DNA of 63,895 bases, counting the filler, from Lama guanicoe (taxonomy: Eukaryota), in assembly GCA_013239625.1 (NCBI GenBank). It is 187 parts of 187 records of this genome, joined end to end, with 100 filler letters (N's around TTAATTAATTAA, not from the genome) between each part and the next. Parts side by side here need not be neighbours in the genome. Positions count along the whole stretch, not along the records: positions 1 to 242 come from PNXV01046687.1; positions 343 to 584 come from PNXV01046688.1; positions 685 to 926 come from PNXV01046689.1; positions 1,027 to 1,268 come from PNXV01046690.1; positions 1,369 to 1,610 come from PNXV01046691.1; positions 1,711 to 1,952 come from PNXV01046692.1; positions 2,053 to 2,294 come from PNXV01046693.1; positions 2,395 to 2,636 come from PNXV01046694.1; 179 more parts are not named here. One strand, written 5' to 3'. Shown piece after piece: positions 1-11,969 of the stretch. Position 1 is the first letter of the stretch, and the number at the start of each line of letters is the position of its first letter. The translations under genes and the position numbers were made by a program. A model generated the notes under the pieces. That model worked only from the letters and a program-made list of their open reading frames with translations. It was not told where the DNA came from and did no database searches.

Positions 1-242
1 GACCACTAAAGCTTTCTCTATATCAGCAACAAGTCTATTTTACGTTCTTCTTATTTGTGTGTTCACCACAGTAGCACTTTTAATTTCCTTCAGGAACACC
101 TTCTTTGCATTCCCAGCCTGGCTAACCCCACCTTTTGGCTTGTCTCAGCTTTCACGTGCCTTCCTCGCTAAGCTTGATCATCTGTAGCTTCTCGTTGAAA
201 GTGAGAGACATGGGACTTTTTCTTTCATTTGAACACTTACAG
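1..242 (-). mobile_element. Tigger1 (TcMar-Tigger) DNA transposon fragment, degenerate transposase N-terminus
   Basis: Resembles my recollection of the Tigger1 consensus (gaccactaaa.ctttctc.atatcagcaa...gtagcacttttaatttccttca...ccttcctc.ctaagctt.atcat...aaagtgagagac...gaacactta). The minus strand gives a decayed KCSNERKSP..LT/KEIKSAT motif. Confidence 0.9.
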
Positions 243-684
243 NNNNNNNNNNNNNNNNNNNNNNNNNNNNNNNNNNNNNNNNNNNNTTAATTAATTAANN
301 NNNNNNNNNNNNNNNNNNNNNNNNNNNNNNNNNNNNNNNNNNCTCCAGACTCCTGGGCGGCATGCCCTCCCCCAGGTGCCGGCTGTGCCTTGGATCGCAA
401 AGACCCGGGAAGGGCAGAGTCGGCCTGGCCCCCAGCTCCCTGCTCCCAGGCTGCGTCCCCAGCCTCACTCCACCTTTCCCTGAGTGTTCAGGATCAACAC
501 CCGGTTCAATCCCGTAGCTTGGTCCACAGCTTTCACGTTATCTTTCTTTCTTGTGGTTAACGTACCATTTTTCTTCTCTTCTTTNNNNNNNNNNNNNNNN
601 NNNNNNNNNNNNNNNNNNNNNNNNNNNNTTAATTAATTAANNNNNNNNNNNNNNNNNNNNNNNNNNNNNNNNNNNNNNNNNNNN

Positions 685-830
685 CCCTCTCTGAGCCTCA
701 GTTTCCTCATTTATAAAATGGGGGCAGAACCAGAGCATGTGTCACAGGGCTGTGGCAAAGGTCAAATGAGTTCACACCTGTTGGCACAGGCCGACATGGA
801 GTAAGTAATTAGTACGTGGAAGTTGTGATT
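685..830 (+). mobile_element. MIR SINE core fragment
   Basis: ctctctgagcctcagtttcctcatttataaaatggg is the MIR core motif, followed by a ...aaatgagtt 3' part. Confidence 0.85.
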
Positions 831-1710
831 TTCAAATGTTTGCTATTAATACTGAGTATGGGAGTGTTGCCACAGAAGCACACTGCTTGGATCCCCTTTG
901 AAGAAAGGACTTGTGACCCAGCTGCCNNNNNNNNNNNNNNNNNNNNNNNNNNNNNNNNNNNNNNNNNNNNTTAATTAATTAANNNNNNNNNNNNNNNNNN
1001 NNNNNNNNNNNNNNNNNNNNNNNNNNCTCCTGCCTCACCCGGGGAGGGATTGCTCGGGCTCAACTCGAAGGCAGGCTTAACGAAGCCGCTGCCATAGACC
1101 CGCTGGGTCTCAACAAGGCAGAGGTGAGGTGAGTTTGGGCTCCCCAGATAATAATGCCAATCGCACCTCAGGTGTCCCCCAGGCCTCCTGGGCGAACAGC
1201 TATGATGACCCAAGACCCCGGGCGGGTGGAAGAGGGTGTTCTGTCCTGGGAAACAAACAGAAACATGANNNNNNNNNNNNNNNNNNNNNNNNNNNNNNNN
1301 NNNNNNNNNNNNTTAATTAATTAANNNNNNNNNNNNNNNNNNNNNNNNNNNNNNNNNNNNNNNNNNNNGTTGATCTACAAACCCAGGTCTGCGAGATGAA
1401 ATAAACCCTCTATTCTTGAAAACCAAGAGACACGGTAAAAAGTGCGAGACTTTCAAAGCAAGGGACGCCAGTAAGTCCTTCAGGCCTTTACCCAAACTGG
1501 AGGAGGACAGCCCTGCTAAGATGATGTATGGCTTTGCTAGGAGACGACACTGCTGCCTTCCGCTGGGAGGCGGGCTGATGAGCACACCTGCCCACCCTGG
1601 TTGTGATGTGNNNNNNNNNNNNNNNNNNNNNNNNNNNNNNNNNNNNNNNNNNNNTTAATTAATTAANNNNNNNNNNNNNNNNNNNNNNNNNNNNNNNNNN
1701 NNNNNNNNNN

Positions 1711-1952
1711 CACGTAAGGCATTCACAGTGTTGTGCAACCACCATCAGCATCCAGTTCCGGAACATGGCCATCCCCACAGCAGGGAACCCCATAGTCCTC
1801 CGTAGTCACCCCCATCCTCTCCTCCCTCCGGTCCCTGGCAAACAACAATCTGTCTTCCATCTCTGTAGTTGCCTGTTCTGGACACTTCACATAAATGGAC
1901 TCTACCACACGTGTCCTTTTGTGTCTGGCTCCTCTTACATAGCATAATGTTT
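1711..1952 (-). mobile_element. Old L1 (L1MB/L1ME-type) 3' UTR fragment
   Basis: cattcacagtgttgtgcaaccaccatc...ccctggcaa.c..caatctg...ctgttctggacacttcacataaatgga...ttttgtgtctggct...agcataatgttt is the typical antisense L1M 3' end. Confidence 0.85.
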
Positions 1953-2423
1953 NNNNNNNNNNNNNNNNNNNNNNNNNNNNNNNNNNNNNNNNNNNNTTAA
2001 TTAATTAANNNNNNNNNNNNNNNNNNNNNNNNNNNNNNNNNNNNNNNNNNNNTTTTATTCTGATGTTGCAAATCTAGCTGAATTAGATGCTGTGGTTACC
2101 AGATGTTCGAAGGATGCAGAATAAGTTTATATTTTTGTGCAAGGCCAGATGCTTACCAGGTGCTTCCAAGGTCAAGGGTGTGTCCCTTTAATGCACAGAT
2201 GTTTCAGAAACAAATTATCACAGGGGACTCAGCTCTGCCAAAGAATGGAACAATGTTGCAATAAACTGGAGGGACCTAGAAACAATTCTTCATTNNNNNN
2301 NNNNNNNNNNNNNNNNNNNNNNNNNNNNNNNNNNNNNNTTAATTAATTAANNNNNNNNNNNNNNNNNNNNNNNNNNNNNNNNNNNNNNNNNNNNAGCCCC
2401 CGAGGCTCAGACTCAGAACAACA

Positions 2424-2480
2424 CAGGTGGCCGTGGCTTCCATGTGGACTCAGGTGGGCGTGGCTTCCACATGGACTCAG
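2424..2480 (+). repeat. 27-bp tandem duplication (2 copies)
   Basis: caggtggccgtggcttccatgtggact followed by caggtgggcgtggcttccacatggact, then cag. Confidence 0.85.
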
Positions 2481-2736
2481 CAAAGCAACGGACAAGCCCT
2501 GCCCAGACCCACAGCCTGGAGAACAGAGCCCACCTCTCAGGGGTCAGAGCTGCAAGCTGACATTGCAAAGGGCGTGAAAAATCAGAGTGTGCTTTGCCAT
2601 CAATATACCACGACATAAAGACATTGAAATGACATCNNNNNNNNNNNNNNNNNNNNNNNNNNNNNNNNNNNNNNNNNNNNTTAATTAATTAANNNNNNNN
2701 NNNNNNNNNNNNNNNNNNNNNNNNNNNNNNNNNNNN

Positions 2737-2978
2737 TGCCACATAACAAGTAACAGTTAGGTCATTTCCAACCTCAGTTAAGACAATTGGCATCTTAATG
2801 TAAACACTTACTGTTCAAACCCATTAGAATAAGCATATTGTTCCGCAGACATTCCGTGTGAATCTTGAGAACAGGGACTAACACCTTCCTGAAGAAGTAA
2901 CTTGACTATGTCCGGTGAGTCATGAAATACAGCAAGCATGAGTGCTGATCTAAAATAAAAAAGAGATAACTTCACCCT
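2737..2978 (+). repeat. Satellite-like monomer, family A (copy 1; ~250-bp unit)
   Basis: Colinear over ~185 bp with 42408-42593 (taatgtaaacacttactgtt...aatcttgagaa...ctgaagaag...cttgactatgtc.ggtgagtcatga..tacagcaagcat.agtgctgatctaaaataaaa). The remaining ends appear circularly permuted. Confidence 0.75.
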
Positions 2979-3078
2979 NNNNNNNNNNNNNNNNNNNNNN
3001 NNNNNNNNNNNNNNNNNNNNNNTTAATTAATTAANNNNNNNNNNNNNNNNNNNNNNNNNNNNNNNNNNNNNNNNNNNN

Positions 3079-3320
3079 GCCGCGCCGAGGGAAGCGGCCT
3101 GCGGCGGAGGGAGGGGAGGCTGAGTCCTGGAAGCGGAGCTCCGCGCTGGGACTGGTTCCTTCGCAGCCATTTTCTGTCCAACCAAACAGCCGATTGGAGA
3201 CGGGAGCCAACCAGGGCTGCATTGGAGGTTTGTGTCTCGCTTCGGCCAATGATCGCTCCTAAACCGACTCCACTTTAGCTCGAATGAAATGTCCGTCTCC
3301 TCCCGGCGCCGTCCCCGCCG
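3079..3320 (+). promoter_or_regulatory. NFYB: NFYB 5' region: CpG island, non-coding exon 1 ending at 3227 (GAG|GTTTGT donor), with CCAAT boxes and a YY1 site
   Basis: ggactggttccttcgcagccattttctgtccaaccaaacagccgattggagacgggagccaaccagggctgcattggag matches my recollection of the human NFYB mRNA 5' UTR and diverges from it at a GT. ATTGG at 3193 and 3221, CCAAT at 3246, GCCATTTT at 3166. Confidence 0.72.
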
Positions 3321-4104
3321 NNNNNNNNNNNNNNNNNNNNNNNNNNNNNNNNNNNNNNNNNNNNTTAATTAATTAANNNNNNNNNNNNNNNNNNNNNNNN
3401 NNNNNNNNNNNNNNNNNNNNTCAGAAATAAATGTCCACCTCCTGGTCAGCAGACTGTCAGCCTAAATTATTTTGAATAATTCTGTATCGAGTTATCCTTT
3501 CACCAATATTTCCATTAATTGAATCTTATAGGACTCTCAGTAATGATCAATGTATATACATTGAATAATTTGCATTAAGATAAAATGTTAAAATATTAAT
3601 TTTGATGCACAAGCATCTACAAAGCATAACCACTGGGAATTCTTTCAGGTTGCCCCCTGCATNNNNNNNNNNNNNNNNNNNNNNNNNNNNNNNNNNNNNN
3701 NNNNNNTTAATTAATTAANNNNNNNNNNNNNNNNNNNNNNNNNNNNNNNNNNNNNNNNNNNNGGTTTTATCCATTGCAATACAATTGCTTCTGAGTTCAT
3801 TCTTTGTCATTTAATCGTCTCCAAAACTATAAATCAGTTTTTAAAAATCTGAACCTTTAGTTCAGGTTCAAAAACTTTAAACTATATGGATAGTGGAGAA
3901 CATTAAACTCTGGGTTCTAGGGGAAATCACAGCTCGCTACAGCAGATTTCAGCAGTGACCTCAGAGCCAGCATATCTGGTTTCTACTTTTTTAGTAAAAG
4001 TTCTNNNNNNNNNNNNNNNNNNNNNNNNNNNNNNNNNNNNNNNNNNNNTTAATTAATTAANNNNNNNNNNNNNNNNNNNNNNNNNNNNNNNNNNNNNNNN
4101 NNNN

Positions 4105-4346
4105 AAATTCTGGAATTGTTTGTTCTAGTTCTGTGAGGAATGTTGTGAGTATTCTGATGGGGGTTGCATTGGATCTATGGATTGTTTTGGGTAGTGTGGC
4201 CATTTTGATAGTGTTGATTCCTCCAATCCAGGAGCACAAGAAATATTTTCATTTCTTTGTGCCATTTTGGTGTTTGGAGTATAGGGAACTTCCTTCTTTA
4301 AGTTTATTTCTAGGTATTTTGATGTTTTTGATGTAATGGAAATGTT
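4105..4346 (-). mobile_element. L1 ORF2 fragment (post-RT region), degenerate
   Basis: Minus-strand CSWIGGINTIKMATLPKTIHRSNATPIRILTTFLTELEQTI versus L1 ORF2 CSWIGRINIVKMAILPKAIYRFNAIPIK...FFTELEQ. Confidence 0.93.
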
Positions 4347-5509
4347 NNNNNNNNNNNNNNNNNNNNNNNNNNNNNNNNNNNNNNNNNNNNTTAATTAATT
4401 AANNNNNNNNNNNNNNNNNNNNNNNNNNNNNNNNNNNNNNNNNNNNATTTATGCCCACCCTCTTTGTATTTGCTTTGCCTGGGTCAGGTACCTTATAGTT
4501 TGTGAGTTTCAAGAAGCTAATTTATATGAAGATCTTTGGAAGACTCTCCTAAATTGAAAAAACTATCTGGAATTTATTTTACTAAAAAGGCAAGAATTTC
4601 ATATAATAATTTTTAATGATTGTATCTCTACCTCGCAATTTACTACCAGAAGTATTCAAAGTGACTTATCTTTCACCCAAAATAGAAANNNNNNNNNNNN
4701 NNNNNNNNNNNNNNNNNNNNNNNNNNNNNNNNTTAATTAATTAANNNNNNNNNNNNNNNNNNNNNNNNNNNNNNNNNNNNNNNNNNNNCAGTAGAAAATG
4801 TTCCTATGTCCAGATGTGATTTTCTCCCCTATATAAGCTCTCTCTTCTGTATTGTAAGAACTGATTTTAGATCCAAGGTGTTCTCAAAATTATTATATAA
4901 ATAGATTTTCCTCTCTATTTTGGGTTCTATAAACACGGGACTTCACACGGAGTGATTTCCTTCATTTATTATGTCTATAGAGTTTCTCTTTAAATGTGTT
5001 CTCTGATGTGCAATGAGTTTTGACTTCACANNNNNNNNNNNNNNNNNNNNNNNNNNNNNNNNNNNNNNNNNNNNTTAATTAATTAANNNNNNNNNNNNNN
5101 NNNNNNNNNNNNNNNNNNNNNNNNNNNNNNAACTCTGGTCACCCTCATTGCCTACTGGTCTGATTTCAACCAAGTGTGCTTTCCAAAGGAGAGCATGTTT
5201 ATAAAAAGCATATGTACTCTTTAATATTGTATTACATAAACTTTTAGCATAATGGGCATGCACAGATAAGGGATTTGTTTTATTTGTATAATCAATTAAC
5301 TCTTAATTGCCCTTCTCTGAAACGAATGTTCTTAAACCTGTGTAAAACATAAATTAAAAATAATAGTTTTTGNNNNNNNNNNNNNNNNNNNNNNNNNNNN
5401 NNNNNNNNNNNNNNNNTTAATTAATTAANNNNNNNNNNNNNNNNNNNNNNNNNNNNNNNNNNNNNNNNNNNNTTACATGTTGACTGAGGGAACACAGAGA
5501 AAAGAAACA

Positions 5510-5705
5510 AGGCTTGCTGAGAGTCCTACTCTGGGTTAAACACCGTGTTATGTACTTGGCATTTGTTACCTCGAACAGTCACCACAACAGATTTGCAGAG
5601 TAGCTGTACTGTTATAGCTTACTGTTAATTAGGCAGCTGTGGTTTAAGGAGGTTGACTAGCTGACTTCCATGGTTAACAAGTAGTTGACCTGTGACTTAA
5701 CCATC
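5510..5705 (-). mobile_element. MIR SINE fragment
   Basis: gctgagagtcctact...caccgtgttatgtactt...gtttaaggaggttgactagctgacttccatggt resembles antisense MIR. Confidence 0.55.
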
Positions 5706-6156
5706 AGGCAGCCTNNNNNNNNNNNNNNNNNNNNNNNNNNNNNNNNNNNNNNNNNNNNTTAATTAATTAANNNNNNNNNNNNNNNNNNNNNNNNNNNNNN
5801 NNNNNNNNNNNNNNTATATATAGAAGGGTCATTGCTGTGCTTTCGATTCTCAGTAATTTAGTCTACGATTTCCTTAATCATATTTACTGTGAAACTTATA
5901 TGTTCTAACATAAAGGAAACAAAGCTCAATGCGGACAGCTAGCTAACTTGTCCAAGGCCATCTGACTAGTTAGGAATGATACTGGGGCTGGAATTCAGAT
6001 TTTGTACTTCACAAACTATGTATTTTCCCTACACCACGCCATCTTCTTTTATAAAANNNNNNNNNNNNNNNNNNNNNNNNNNNNNNNNNNNNNNNNNNNN
6101 TTAATTAATTAANNNNNNNNNNNNNNNNNNNNNNNNNNNNNNNNNNNNNNNNNNNN

Positions 6157-6398
6157 AAGCAAAAGACGCAAAGATAACAAAAGTATTGGGCTCAACACAC
6201 AAGAAGTTTAAAATAGCTATTGGAAATATGTAGAAGGATTTAAAGAACAAGGTAGGGAAAATGAGTTCATACGTAGAAAATCTAAATATATTTAGAAACT
6301 ATTAAAAATGGAAATTAAAATTGAAAATTATATTTGGAATGAAAAATTCATCAAATGAGCCTAAAGATTGGACCATGCAGAATAAAAGGTAAATGAAC
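6157..6398 (+). mobile_element. Old L1 ORF1-region fragment
   Basis: A-rich sequence with tttaaaatagctatt..aaatatg...aaggatttaaagaa...gaaatgaaaaattca..aaatgagc..aaagattggac..gcagaa.aaaagg..aatgaac, typical of the L1M ORF1 coiled-coil region. Confidence 0.65.
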
Positions 6399-7523
6399 NN
6401 NNNNNNNNNNNNNNNNNNNNNNNNNNNNNNNNNNNNNNNNNNTTAATTAATTAANNNNNNNNNNNNNNNNNNNNNNNNNNNNNNNNNNNNNNNNNNNNAG
6501 ACCGGGTCCCATGCCTTCTGGAAACTGTATCCAGCAGAATTTTGTGTAAAAATCTTTGACGAGTCAGCGCTGGGAGTTCAATTTCTGAGCTGATTTTACC
6601 TGTGTGACCCAGAAAGATACGCAAGTGGGTGTGGGAGGTCTGTCCTCTCCATGGCTGCCAGCAGATTGAAAACAAAAATCCAGCACAAAGTGCTTAATGT
6701 CCTTCCTTGTCCCCTCCTACCTCCTCACCTCTCGCCCAGANNNNNNNNNNNNNNNNNNNNNNNNNNNNNNNNNNNNNNNNNNNNTTAATTAATTAANNNN
6801 NNNNNNNNNNNNNNNNNNNNNNNNNNNNNNNNNNNNNNNNCATTGTAAAATGATTATAAATCAATAAAAAATGTTTAAAAAAAAGAATGCTGCTAAAAAA
6901 ATAATACAAGATGCATGATGGCTCAAGATCATACACCATCTCTGTGGTTTCCTAGATCAGCAGGGCCCAGATTGGAGGGGAACTCAAGGAATACAATTTA
7001 AAAAATATTTCTCTGACTGCCCCTGTCATTCTAAGGCACCTCAAATTTCTTGCCATTTAGTTCTGAGGTTTCCCAGAGGGTNNNNNNNNNNNNNNNNNNN
7101 NNNNNNNNNNNNNNNNNNNNNNNNNTTAATTAATTAANNNNNNNNNNNNNNNNNNNNNNNNNNNNNNNNNNNNNNNNNNNNCACCAACCCAGTAAACACT
7201 CACGTCAGGGAAGCTTCCAGGCCTTTAGTTCCTCGGAGCCCCTCATGTCCAGCCACGCTTTAGGTGTTTCCCCCCGAAAGCCTCAGAGGCACCTTAGTCC
7301 ATCCTGTCCAAGCTGAATTCCGTGTAACCACTGCCCCCACCCAGATCCAGGCCTCCCCTTCATTTGCTACCTCAGTGCTGGTGTCACATCCACACACCTC
7401 TCTTACCTGTCAGGGTGGGAACANNNNNNNNNNNNNNNNNNNNNNNNNNNNNNNNNNNNNNNNNNNNTTAATTAATTAANNNNNNNNNNNNNNNNNNNNN
7501 NNNNNNNNNNNNNNNNNNNNNNN

Positions 7524-7765
7524 GTCGGGAACAGTTTCGGGGGAGCCCGCGGGGAGCCTGTGCCGGGCAGGGTCGTCCCGGCCGGGGGCAGCCCCTCCCC
7601 GGGTCCCAGCAGCGGCCGGGGCTCACGTCGCTCCGGGAAGCAGGAGGGACCCTCCCTGAGGTCAAGGCCGCCCCGGGACGAGGCTCTTTGGAGCCGAGAA
7701 CCTTCCGGAGCTGCGCCCACACTGCGGGGGTGAGTGTCTCCGGCTCGCGCGGGCGGGGAGCCCTG
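7524..7765. promoter_or_regulatory. CpG-island fragment
   Basis: Very high GC with abundant CpG; a possible donor (gggg|gtgagt) near 7730. Confidence 0.6.
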
Positions 7766-7865
7766 NNNNNNNNNNNNNNNNNNNNNNNNNNNNNNNNNNN
7801 NNNNNNNNNTTAATTAATTAANNNNNNNNNNNNNNNNNNNNNNNNNNNNNNNNNNNNNNNNNNNN

Positions 7866-8005
7866 ATATATATATTTATGTATATGTATATATATTTATG
7901 TATATATAAAATATATACATAAATATGTATATTTTATATATACATAAATTATATATGTAAAAGTTGTTCTTATACCCTTTTATATATTATATATATAATT
8001 ATAAA
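7866..8005. repeat. (TA)n-rich low-complexity tract
   Basis: atatatatatttatgtatatgtatatatatttatg... Confidence 0.9.
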
Positions 8006-10601
8006 AAATGGGTCTTTTTGTTATATTAGCAGAAATCTAGTGATGATTAAGAATACATAACACAAAATACAATTATAACTGACATTGTACTATAGTTCCC
8101 CCAGTTANNNNNNNNNNNNNNNNNNNNNNNNNNNNNNNNNNNNNNNNNNNNTTAATTAATTAANNNNNNNNNNNNNNNNNNNNNNNNNNNNNNNNNNNNN
8201 NNNNNNNCTCTTCTGAAAGAATGGGTTCAAGCCATTACTATTTCTCTTTGTAGAAATCCCCGTGGCATTGGAAGATGGAAACCAGGGGTGACTGGAGGGG
8301 AATATTTTAATCATGGTGTTGGTATCACGCTTTGAGTTGCACAACCCAGGGTTGTCAACATCTTTTGGTTAACAGAGGGGTTCAAAGTATCTGTAAGAAT
8401 GGCTCAGTTTCTCCATTGGCTGGTGACACTTCCGATGAAATTGTTTGCTNNNNNNNNNNNNNNNNNNNNNNNNNNNNNNNNNNNNNNNNNNNNTTAATTA
8501 ATTAANNNNNNNNNNNNNNNNNNNNNNNNNNNNNNNNNNNNNNNNNNNNCATTTTCCTGGAGCATAAAGAATAAAATAAATCAAGCCGACATGCAGTGTC
8601 TGAAATGAGGAAGAAAACGAGACTCACGTCATGAGAAATTGTTCATCATAAAATTTAATTTTTTTTATTGTCTTTGGTATCATGTTTCAAAAAATTACTA
8701 AGGGCAGATAGTCTATAATCCTGAGATTGGTTGATTGGGTAGTATTCTTATGAAACAGGAATTATATGCTCTAATACAGCTTATCTCACCTNNNNNNNNN
8801 NNNNNNNNNNNNNNNNNNNNNNNNNNNNNNNNNNNTTAATTAATTAANNNNNNNNNNNNNNNNNNNNNNNNNNNNNNNNNNNNNNNNNNNNGTTTCACCT
8901 TGAGAGCGTAAATCAAGAACAGGATTTGGTGTCATAGCCAAGATCACGTTCTGTCCTCACCCCTCATTGTCCCCTCTGTGAGGCTGAAGCCCCCCGTTTC
9001 CTCATCAAAATGATGGACAGGTTGGTACAACCTTCTGATCCGTGAACCAGGCATTGAAGGCAGAGCTTCTAATGCAGCAAAGCACCTGCTTCTCGTTCCT
9101 CCACCAGGACTGACTGATCCTTGTCCAGGCTTGNNNNNNNNNNNNNNNNNNNNNNNNNNNNNNNNNNNNNNNNNNNNTTAATTAATTAANNNNNNNNNNN
9201 NNNNNNNNNNNNNNNNNNNNNNNNNNNNNNNNNCCCACCTCTCCTCCAAACCGCCTGCATCCTCAGAGCTACACCCCTTATCCAAGGTCACACGGCCCTC
9301 TCTGTCCTTCTCCCGCGATACTACCTCCATTCAAGTTTGCTCGAGGAGGAGGGGCTGCCGTTAACTATTTCCATTTTCTGGGTACACGTGCAGCGCCTGG
9401 GACAGTTCTAGCACCTACTGTGTTGTAGACAGGTGCCAACCAGGTTGCAGGCAACAGACGCAGACCGAGAAAAGTNNNNNNNNNNNNNNNNNNNNNNNNN
9501 NNNNNNNNNNNNNNNNNNNTTAATTAATTAANNNNNNNNNNNNNNNNNNNNNNNNNNNNNNNNNNNNNNNNNNNNCGTTACTTTTTGCTGTATCAGTGAA
9601 GGAATGAGTCACAGTTTGGATGACAAATTTTTTTTTGGTTGAACTGCACACAGAATTCCCAGATGAGGCTGTCTGTGGAAATGCAGGACTCAAGAAAGCT
9701 CCAATACTTTGAGGAAATTCACTGATATTCTGGAAAAGGGAATCGGGCACACAGTAAGCCTTTCACGTCTCGGTGGAGAATTGCTTCATGGTAGACGGAC
9801 AGACAGCGTCACCAAAGNNNNNNNNNNNNNNNNNNNNNNNNNNNNNNNNNNNNNNNNNNNNTTAATTAATTAANNNNNNNNNNNNNNNNNNNNNNNNNNN
9901 NNNNNNNNNNNNNNNNNCCTCGGAATGTGCCAGAGCCCGAATGAAACAAGGATGTTTACTGCAGCGTTACTGGCGATAGTGGAAAATCAGAGGCCAGCAA
10001 AACGTCAGCAGGGATCAAATAAACCTCGGAATGAGAGCACTGTTTTATTTTGTAAAACGTGCGTGTGCTTGTGTATGCAGTACAGCTCCCTTACAGCTGT
10101 GCATGCTGTGCACTGCACAAGTCCAGGCGAACCCCCACATCGTGGTCTACATCAGGGGCNNNNNNNNNNNNNNNNNNNNNNNNNNNNNNNNNNNNNNNNN
10201 NNNTTAATTAATTAANNNNNNNNNNNNNNNNNNNNNNNNNNNNNNNNNNNNNNNNNNNNGGAAAAACACGGCTTGCTACTGCAATCAGCAGAGAAAGTGA
10301 CACCCACAGAGCAAAGGTGCTTCTCGCCTCTCTAGAGCGTTTGACTTCACGGATCAGCAGAACAGACGGGCCCTCTGTATCTCATCAAAACCGGACCCTG
10401 ACATTTTCATTAAACGGAGAGAAAGATCTAACAAAACTCTTAAGATGGAAGTGGAAAATCCTCCATATGCAGATGTTTTCTCTCTGGATAACACAAAGCT
10501 TNNNNNNNNNNNNNNNNNNNNNNNNNNNNNNNNNNNNNNNNNNNNTTAATTAATTAANNNNNNNNNNNNNNNNNNNNNNNNNNNNNNNNNNNNNNNNNNN
10601 N

Positions 10602-10843
10602 TATTTAGTAATAAACCTGACCAAGAAGGTGAAAGACCTAAAGCAATCTACAGATTTAATGGGATCCCTAAAAAGTTACCCAGGACATTTCCCCCAGAAC
10701 TAGAACAAATAATCCTACAATGTATACAGAAACCTAAAAGATCCTGAATTAACAAAGCAATTGTGAAGAAAAAGAACAAAGCTGGAGGCATAACACTCAC
10801 AGACTTAAGATAATGCTACAAAGCTACAGTAATCAAAACAGCA
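10602..10843 (+). mobile_element. L1 ORF2 fragment with internal deletion
   Basis: YLVINLTKKVKDL joined directly to KAIYRFNGIP...ELEQIIL...KAIVKKKNKAGGITLTDL..CYKATVIKTA. Confidence 0.92.
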
Positions 10844-10984
10844 NNNNNNNNNNNNNNNNNNNNNNNNNNNNNNNNNNNNNNNNNNNNTTAATTAATTAAN
10901 NNNNNNNNNNNNNNNNNNNNNNNNNNNNNNNNNNNNNNNNNNNCATACTTGATAGCTTTCTTATCTGTTGCATTGATCTTTACT

Positions 10985-11125
10985 ATCTATCTTTACCCAC
11001 TAGAATGTGAGTTTCAAGAGGCAGAAATTTTTGTTTCTTTGGTTCACTGCTTTATTCTCAGCATCTAGAACAGTACATAGCACACATTGGAGCTTAATAA
11101 ATGTTGATTGAAACCAAATGAATTT
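10985..11125 (+). mobile_element. L2 3' end
   Basis: cccactagaatgtgagtttcaagaggcagaaattttt...gttcactgct.tattctcagcatctagaacagta...gcacac...taataaatgttgattgaa is the L2 3' terminus. Confidence 0.88.
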
Positions 11126-11669
11126 TTTGCACCATTATTCTTCCTAGAGACAGTCCTAAGTTAAACATTAACAGAAACAGTGGGGNNNNNNNNNNNNNNN
11201 NNNNNNNNNNNNNNNNNNNNNNNNNNNNNTTAATTAATTAANNNNNNNNNNNNNNNNNNNNNNNNNNNNNNNNNNNNNNNNNNNNCTTAGGGTCACTAAA
11301 GATGTCCCGTGGGTCTGAAAGAAATCACTGGACTGTTTTCTCCAGACAACAAGAGGGAGGAGAGACTACATCCTTCCTCACCTTTCAGATGTCTTCACAG
11401 TTTCTTACAGGAGTGAAAGAAATGTTTCCCAGGGTAACTGGTGCCAAGGAAGTGATTAAAAACAGCAACACTGACTACAGCTCCACAAATCATCTTCCAG
11501 GAATTCCAAAAGAAAGCACAGCAGTGGNNNNNNNNNNNNNNNNNNNNNNNNNNNNNNNNNNNNNNNNNNNNTTAATTAATTAANNNNNNNNNNNNNNNNN
11601 NNNNNNNNNNNNNNNNNNNNNNNNNNNTTTGTGTTTAGATGTGTGTATGTGTGTGCAGATATCCAGTAG

Positions 11670-11869
11670 TTGATGCAAGACAGGTGTCCAGTTTAATTCT
11701 TTCGCCCCTGGAAATGTAGTTTCCTAGCATTATTTGTTGAATAAACTATTCTTTCCCTATTGTGTAGTCTTGTGTTGGCAAAGTTGTTGAAAGTCAGGTA
11801 TAAGCTTGAGTTTATTTCTAGGCTCTGTATACTGTTCCATTGCTGTATATGTGTGTCTTTCTGTCAGAT
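11670..11869 (-). mobile_element. L1 ORF2 C-terminal region fragment
   Basis: tccagtttaattctt...gtagtttcctagcattatttgttgaataaactattctttcccta...tttatttctaggctctgtatactgttccattg. Confidence 0.82.
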
Positions 11870-11969
11870 NNNNNNNNNNNNNNNNNNNNNNNNNNNNNNN
11901 NNNNNNNNNNNNNTTAATTAATTAANNNNNNNNNNNNNNNNNNNNNNNNNNNNNNNNNNNNNNNNNNNN

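Noticed and set aside
470..584. Minus-strand Lys/Glu-rich open frame (KEEKKNGTLTTRKKDNVKAVDQATGLNRVLILNTQGK)
   Set aside because: Short, with no recognisable homology and ambiguous splice donors.
1027..1135. Possible exon end SCLTRGGIARAQLEGRLNEAAAIDPLGLNKAEVR|gtgagt
   Set aside because: The donor is good but the peptide is unrecognised and no acceptor is visible, so it cannot be supported.
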